Shown one piece after another: positions 58,198-64,000 of a stretch of 64,000 nucleotides of DNA. Every line of letters starts with the position of its first letter. Positions within the stretch are counted from its first letter, which is position 1. Both the position numbers and the translations under genes were made by a program. Under the pieces are notes generated by a model that saw nothing but the letters and a program-made list of their open reading frames with translations, did no database searches and was not told the origin of the DNA. The DNA comes from Nemertoderma westbladi (Eukaryota; Animalia; Xenacoelomorpha). The DNA is taken from positions 1-64,000 of the forward strand of contig JAUCBJ010000203.1 in the NCBI GenBank assembly GCA_032718475.1, read 5' to 3'.

Positions 58198-58509
58198 TCG
58201 AAGCCCCAGACTAGTTAACCAGTCAGCTTAGTTGTTTACGTGCTGCTCGAAGCCCCAGAATAGATAAAAAAACAACAATAACGGATGTGTGAGTTAAACC
58301 GATAAGAAATGATTTATTCTGATTCAATGAATTCTATTTAGTCTTACTCTATTCCAGTATTCTATTCATCATTCATGTAGGGCCATAGGGTATTCAATGT
58401 TAAAAAAAGATTTGAATTTACCGCCAAAATATAGGTGGCAGATCTGATCTGCCACCCTTTCTAGTACAAATTACATGTCTTTCAATCATTTGAATTTCCC
58501 GCGCTATGG

Positions 58510-58948
58510 CAGTCAGGAATACTGGTCACAATATGTCCAATTTACAGCCAGAATGTGTCCACGGAAAACGCTCTCAGAGTGAAATTTCTCCATAGTAAAC
58601 AATGCTAAATTTCATTTGAAAACCCGCAGTGAAATTTTAACATTGGCATTCTAAAAATTATGCCATTACAATCGCCATAAAATTCTGTGTATAGGCTGTA
58701 GGCCCCTAAATTAATTTGAGAATTAGAATCTCATCGTTGGGATAACTTATCATAATATTAAAAATAAAAATGTGCCCAGCTTCTGCTTTGAGTACTAGTG
58801 GAGTTACAGCCAAAATATGTCCGGAAATATAATCGCAGCCTGTCGCCTGTGAAGGACAAATAGTGGCTGCACGGACACTTTCTGGCTGTAAATATGTGGA
58901 CAATTTTTGGCTGAGCTTCAGCCAGAAAGTGACCAGTGTTCCTAACTG
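58510..58948. mobile_element. Non-autonomous TIR element B (439 bp): CAGT...ACTG ends, 5-bp TSD TATGG
   Basis: Left cagtcaggaatactggtcac versus right reverse complement cagttaggaacactggtcac. TATGG at 58505-58509 and 58949-58953. Internal cagcca(g/a)aa..tgtcc repeats. Confidence 0.88.
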
Positions 58949-59116
58949 TATGGAGCAGGGTGGCACCTTTTAGCTGTTTAGGGACTTGTATACCGGTACC
59001 GGTACTGCTATAGGCAGATACTGAGATACGCATAGCCGTTACACTGTTACACGTTGGGTGACGTTATACTGTTATAGCGGTACGGTACGGTACCGGTCCT
59101 GCCGGCCGGTACCAGT

Positions 59117-61057
59117 CAGTCTGTGAGAAGTCAAAAATTGGACTTGAGTCCAAAATTGGACTTCGACTCCAGTTCAAGTCCAAAATTGGACTTCTGTGAG
59201 TCCAATATTGGACTTCAAATCAGCCAATTGTTCCAGGGCCTTGGGTAATTGGATCGGGCGGGATTTTTTTTTTTAATCGAAAATATATCAAAAAATAAGA
59301 GTTTTGAACAGGGGGACCTGAAATTCACCAGGGGGAACTTTTTTTATAAGGCTTTAAATTTTTACAAAAGTCCAATATTGGACTTTAAGTCCAATTTTGG
59401 ACGTGACATTGAGAATCAAACTTAAAGGTACATGAAGCATGACAGATGAGAGACAGCCAGACAGCTATTAAGTTATGGAAAGTTACCTTTGCAGCTCTGT
59501 ATGTATCTTCACTCTTCAGTGTACTGTACTTAGAATATAATGGTACATTCTAGCATTCTAGGTACTTTGTACTTTACTTTTAGCATATTGCAGTATTGTT
59601 TAGTTTACAATTTACATTCATGTTATGTCTAACCTTACAGCCTTATGTACCCAGGACTTTAGAGTCTTTAGCTCTTTAGGACTAGATTAGATTATGCTCC
59701 AACAAATATTTAATTACAAATTATATTTGGTGGAAACTGGTAGCAATGCCAGGTTTGCCAACTGCAGCTGCTGCTAAGACTAACTACAGTACAAGCTACG
59801 ATTTCGTCTAAGCCTATGCCCTATGGGAGCCCTATCAGAAAGAAATACCACAAGTTGATGCTACCACCATCTCTTCTAATTTTTCCATACAACAGGAAGG
59901 GTATTTTTAAACGGCTGGATAATGAAAGGGGATTACTAACTGATTAACGTGTTGGGGTCTCCACATAATAAGTACAGAAGTAAGAAGTAACACACGTCAT
60001 ACTGTCATAATCATAAACCAATTGAGGGAAAGGAACAGGTTACAGAGGCAGGCTTTTCTAACTAAAACAATAAACGGCCACTTTTGACTTTACTAATTGA
60101 AGGAGCCCTATCACCTCACCACATACTATTACTACAATCGGCATGCTGTATTGCAGCTGCATTATATATAAACAGATAAAGGCCCTATTAAGAATGCTGT
60201 GCCGGCTTGTTGACAAAAGTGCGCCTCCACAACTCCCTTACACTCTTACAGCCTTATCACCCATGACATTTGCTAGATCATCTGCATCTTCAAGTCCAGT
60301 GTCCTTTAAGACAGTAAGAAAGATGCGTCTCAAGAAATTCATGGGCTGTCCACAATGCTTATTCACTCCATGAGGTGCACTGGCTGGTCCTCACAGCTTA
60401 AAGCAATGTCAAATGTCCTGCAAAGCGGAGGCGGCTTTGTTCTAGTGTCAAGCTTGGGGGAACCAATGACTGAATGAGACACCTCCAACTCCAATGTTAT
60501 ATAGTGTCTGGTTGGAGATGCAGAGATGTGTGCATTGTACTTGACACAGTGAACCTAATCAAAACAATTAGTCAATAAACATTAACTCAATAACAGTTAC
60601 AGTTTACAGTAGTCTTATTTTTGCCATACGAAAATACCACAGGTATGGGTATGTATGAATGAACTACTGAACTATACAGCTATAACTCAACTACCGCTAC
60701 CGCGGTATACACCACTAAGGCAGTAAGGCTACCGCAAAGCCATACCACTACCGCAAAAAGTAACTACTGATGTCTGACTGTGCGTGTGCGATCCCTGCTT
60801 ATAATACTTATAGTTATAATAATTAATTTAATCATTAAAATAATGTTGCATTGTAATTATGTAATATATATGTACTGAGACTGACTGACTGATACGGGAT
60901 ACAGTTTTGATTTAAATACCGATATACCTGTATACAGTATGGCAGCATGGGTACACTTGGAGTTGTACTAAAGTCCAATATTGGACTTTGGAGTCCAAAA
61001 TTGGACTTGAAGTCTAAAATTTGACTTGAAGTCCAATTTTTGACTTCTCACCGACTG
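59117..61057. mobile_element. Non-autonomous TIR element C (1941 bp): CAGT...ACTG ends, 5-bp TSD CCAGT
   Basis: Left cagtctgtgagaagtcaaaaattggactt versus right reverse complement cagtcggtgagaagtcaaaaattggactt. CCAGT at 59112-59116 and 61058-61062. Subterminal AGTCCAAAATTGGACT palindromic repeats. Confidence 0.9.
60185..60545 (-). mobile_element. Degenerate 3' end of an RTE-clade-like LINE, nested in element C
   Basis: Minus-strand fragments LEQSRLRFAGH (60413-60445) and LKDTGLEDADDLANVMGDK..ELWRR resemble the RTE ORF2 C-terminus. Frameshifted. Confidence 0.55.
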
Positions 61058-62342
61058 CCAGTACCGGTCAGCCGGTTGACCAGTAGCCTGTCTGCCTGTA
61101 GGCTTCAGGGCTTATGTACCGGTACCGTCAGACTGTAAAATATATATACAGACTGACAGATATAAGGTGTAAGGTATACGCATACGGCTGTACGGTACTG
61201 CATACTGGTATAGGCCTACTGCTGTAGGCTACTGCCAGACTGTTCGTATACGGTACCGTACCTCACACTGTCATGTCCCCAATTGCCAGTCCCTGTCATA
61301 CATATATCTGTACCTGTGTACCAGTGTACTGTACTGCTGTACCTGCTACCACTGTACCAGTACCAGCCTACTGCGAACTGATGTACGCTACTTCAGTAGG
61401 CCTGCTTGTATGCAGTTTCTTCCTTACTCTACCAGTCTACTGACTCAGTCGACAGTCGGTAGGTTCTGTTGACTGGTGCTTAGATCGTGGCTTTTCCAGT
61501 TAACATTATTCCATTTTGTATAAAACAAGTAATGTGGTTGGAGAAAGCTGCTACTAAGCAGCAACCAATCACGTTAATCCTGTTTTACACAGACAGACAG
61601 AGTCAATGAGAATGGAATATTGCTAACATAGGTTCCACCTTGGTGTAGTGGTTGCATTGAATTCACATCTCCCGTAGGTCATCACATGGGCCAGGACAGT
61701 TTTCGTTATTCTTTATTGTTATTCATTACAACGTCTGCCGACTTATAAGTCGTCAGACTTTGTGCGTAATCCCTGGCCGAAGAAAATTTATTTTTTTTTA
61801 ACATGAAAAAGTTCAGGTTACCTTTATTCCATATCTCAGTATTTGTATTCACTATCACCCTCCCCTTGCAGCCTTGTCTGTCTGCCTGTTTCATTATACA
61901 AGTTACACCGAAAGGAAACCAGTCAGGTGTCAGGCAGAACAGTAGGTACAGTAAAGCAAATTATTAAGAATGAAGCAACAGTAATATGTAATAGCCAAAG
62001 CCAATACCGGCACAGTACTGTAGCAGGTTTTGTTAATTCAAACTTTAAGCCTTAAAGGGGGCCTTATTCTTTCTCATGGTAGTTGCATGGGAACAGTAAT
62101 GACTGAGACGATTGAAAAAGTAGTGGAATGTAATTTATGCGATATGGAAGTACAATACAACCTCTACATTATCGAGACACAAACAAAAAATTGATAAAAA
62201 ACAGAAAAGGGAGAACCGGCAGCGAAACTAAACCATTTCCACGCTGTCCAGCATGCCAGCACTGTTCTTTTTGCTACTCACGTGTCGGGAATGCTACAGT
62301 CAGACCTTGGAACGATTGAATGGGTATGATGTAGCGTTTGCA

Positions 62343-62559
62343 CAGGTGTAAAAGCTACGCCGACAACCGGCAACCACTGCCCACAACAGCAAATATGAAA
62401 ATGTAACCTGAGTTCCTAACTCTCGTTTATTGTTTTGGTTAGACTAACCTTCCACTGTAACCTGTTCCTTTCCCTCAATTAACTAATTAATAAATAACAT
62501 TAATTAGCTTTAATAATGGTTGTCGGCGTTACGGCGTAGCATTTACTGTACATACACCC
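62343..62559. mobile_element. ~217-bp MITE with TIR GGTGTAAAAGCTACGCCGACAACC
   Basis: Inverted copy ggttgtcggcg[ttacggcg]tagcattta..tacaccc. Flanked by CGTTTGCA (62335-62342, 62560-62567). Confidence 0.7.
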
Positions 62560-62943
62560 CGTTTGCAGTGAAGTGGTTGGTATCATAAAATTTGTGTGAA
62601 TAAAACGCAACACGAGTTTCGGGGTGATGAACTGATATGTGAGTATGTGAGACCTGCATTTTCCACACATTGAATATTACTATGTCTGTACGTGGCAAGT
62701 ACCGGTACTTCAATGAGATATGAGTACTGTACAGTATGTTTATTACTAAACCAGACTTATAAATATTTAATTTACAGTTTACATCATTGTAATTAAACTA
62801 ACCCACTTACGTACTGACTTACACAACATACGGTATTTTTTATTTTTCTTGCATATATTATGCCTTGTATTGTACCATTATACAGATATAATAAATATTA
62901 TATGGCTTACTCGATTACTAACTGACAATCACTAGCAGCTTAA

Positions 62944-63565
62944 TTACTGTGGGGCGAGCCACGAAGTGAGCGAAGCCTTAGCATATGGGTACCATTAACG
63001 AGTTGTCTGTCGTCGTCGTCGTCGTCTGTCGTAAATTTTTGATCGCTAATAACTCGGTTATTCCTTGATGACATTAAACGAAACTCGGTACGTATGTATT
63101 CCGGCAAAAGTTTAGAAAGAATCTCAAGTTTTGTCAAAAACGAACGAACGCAACGAGTTTACAGTGGATACGAGTACCCATCTGCCATAAATCAGCTGTT
63201 ACTCTCACAGTTTCAAGACTTTGCACAGTTGTAAAGGTCGTTAGTCTCCGTTTAGGGAAATTATTTTAAGACAAAACAGGACGAGCGCAACGAGGCTCAT
63301 GAAGGAGAACAGTATTGTAAAACTAAAAATGTCATACTTAACTTAAATAGCCCTAGTTAGAAGGTTTACAAATGACAGTTAAAGTGTGTAAGGGCAAACT
63401 GAAATGGATCTATATTTTTACAACTAGTTTATCACAAACTGATAGCATCGTCTTCACTCATATATTTTAGGAAAGACAGTTTTCGTATATCTAATAGAGA
63501 TTAGTATAATGTACTTTCTAATTTAGGCTCTCGTGCTGCGCGAAGGCCCCACGAACGTGTAATAT
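62944..63565. mobile_element. Possible Helentron-associated (HINE/DINE-like) non-autonomous element
   Basis: Short subterminal inverted repeat GTGGGGC / GCCCCAC, GCGAAG-type hairpin motifs and a (GTC)n/GTCTGTC microsatellite at ~63004-63030. Confidence 0.35.
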
Positions 63566-64000
63566 CTGATTACTTTGGAATAATGGTAACCTGAACTTTT
63601 TGAAGTTAGCAATATTCCATTCCCATTGACTCTGTGTTAAACATGATTAACGTGATTGGTTGCTGGTTAGTAGCAGCCCCTAGCAGGTTTCTCCAACCAC
63701 CTTTAAAGCACCTGTGGTTCTGTTGTACTTGTAGGACTGAAGTCCTACAAGTACTGAAGAACTGAGAAGTAGTGAAGTACTGAAGTCACCTGGCTTCCTG
63801 CTGGAAGTATAGGCAGTTGCCAGTTGGTTACAGAGATAAGTACGGGTGGGTCGGACACCATTGGCCTTCGGGACACACAAACAAATCCCAAAAAACCAAT
63901 AGCCACCGTCGCCTACAGTGTATATATTGAAAGTTAATCAAAATGCATCGATGTTCTGGTGTTATTTAAGCCTTGACTGCACACTGAGGACCATCCAATA

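Larger units (their letters stand above)
56051..58260. repeat. 49-bp minisatellite CCCAGACTAGTTAACCAGTCAGCTTAGTTGTTCACGTGCTGCTCGAAGT (~6 copies at 56051-56362, resuming 58198-58260 after a transposon insertion)
   Basis: Direct reading. The unit is split at TCGAA by the element at 56363-58197. Confidence 0.9.
61531..63702. mobile_element. Long-TIR non-autonomous element, Kolobok-like (right end CCACCT|TTAA), carrying nested insertions
   Basis: ~90-bp inverted repeat 61534-61627 versus ~63605-63700 (gtggttggagaaa..gctgctactaa.cagcaaccaatcacgttaatc...gaatggaatattgctaac), continuing at ~61806-61830 versus ~63577-63602. TTAA at 63703-63706. Left terminus decayed. Confidence 0.6.

Noticed and set aside
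56363-61057. Transib/ProtoRAG assignment of elements A-C because of the 5-bp TSD
   Set aside because: The ends are CAGT, not the CAC heptamer-like start. No RAG1/Transib coding remnant was seen.
63680-63880. 66-aa minus-strand ORF and other short ORFs at 44.6-63.9 kb
   Set aside because: No recognisable domains. They overlap repeats or low-complexity sequence.

Overview
Eukaryotic (metazoan invertebrate-like, AT-rich, spliceosomal introns) genomic DNA in two parts. (1) 365-42710 is one uninterrupted ~42.3 kb tandem array of a 24-bp monomer (CTATATTGGTACTACAGTTCTG(G/T)A) with 22/25/33-bp variants and nested kb-scale higher-order duplications. All + strand ORFs in it are repeat artefacts. (2) 42.7-64 kb holds one intact three-exon ABHD17-family depalmitoylase gene (- strand, 52262-48745, 295 aa), LINE relics (CR1/L2-like APE-RT, an L2 3' end, an RTE-like 3' end), minisatellites and many non-autonomous DNA transposons. 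The most notable signal lies at ~52.3-61.6 kb. Three distinct intact elements there have CAGT...ACTG ends and exact 5-bp target-site duplications. Around them are at least 34 perfect NNNNN-CAG/CTG-NNNNN 13-mers, which look like excision footprints of that element type (5-bp TSD plus 3 retained terminal bases). The giant satellite monomer itself has a related architecture (TACTA-CAG..CTG-TACTA). All counts were made by eye and need computational confirmation.
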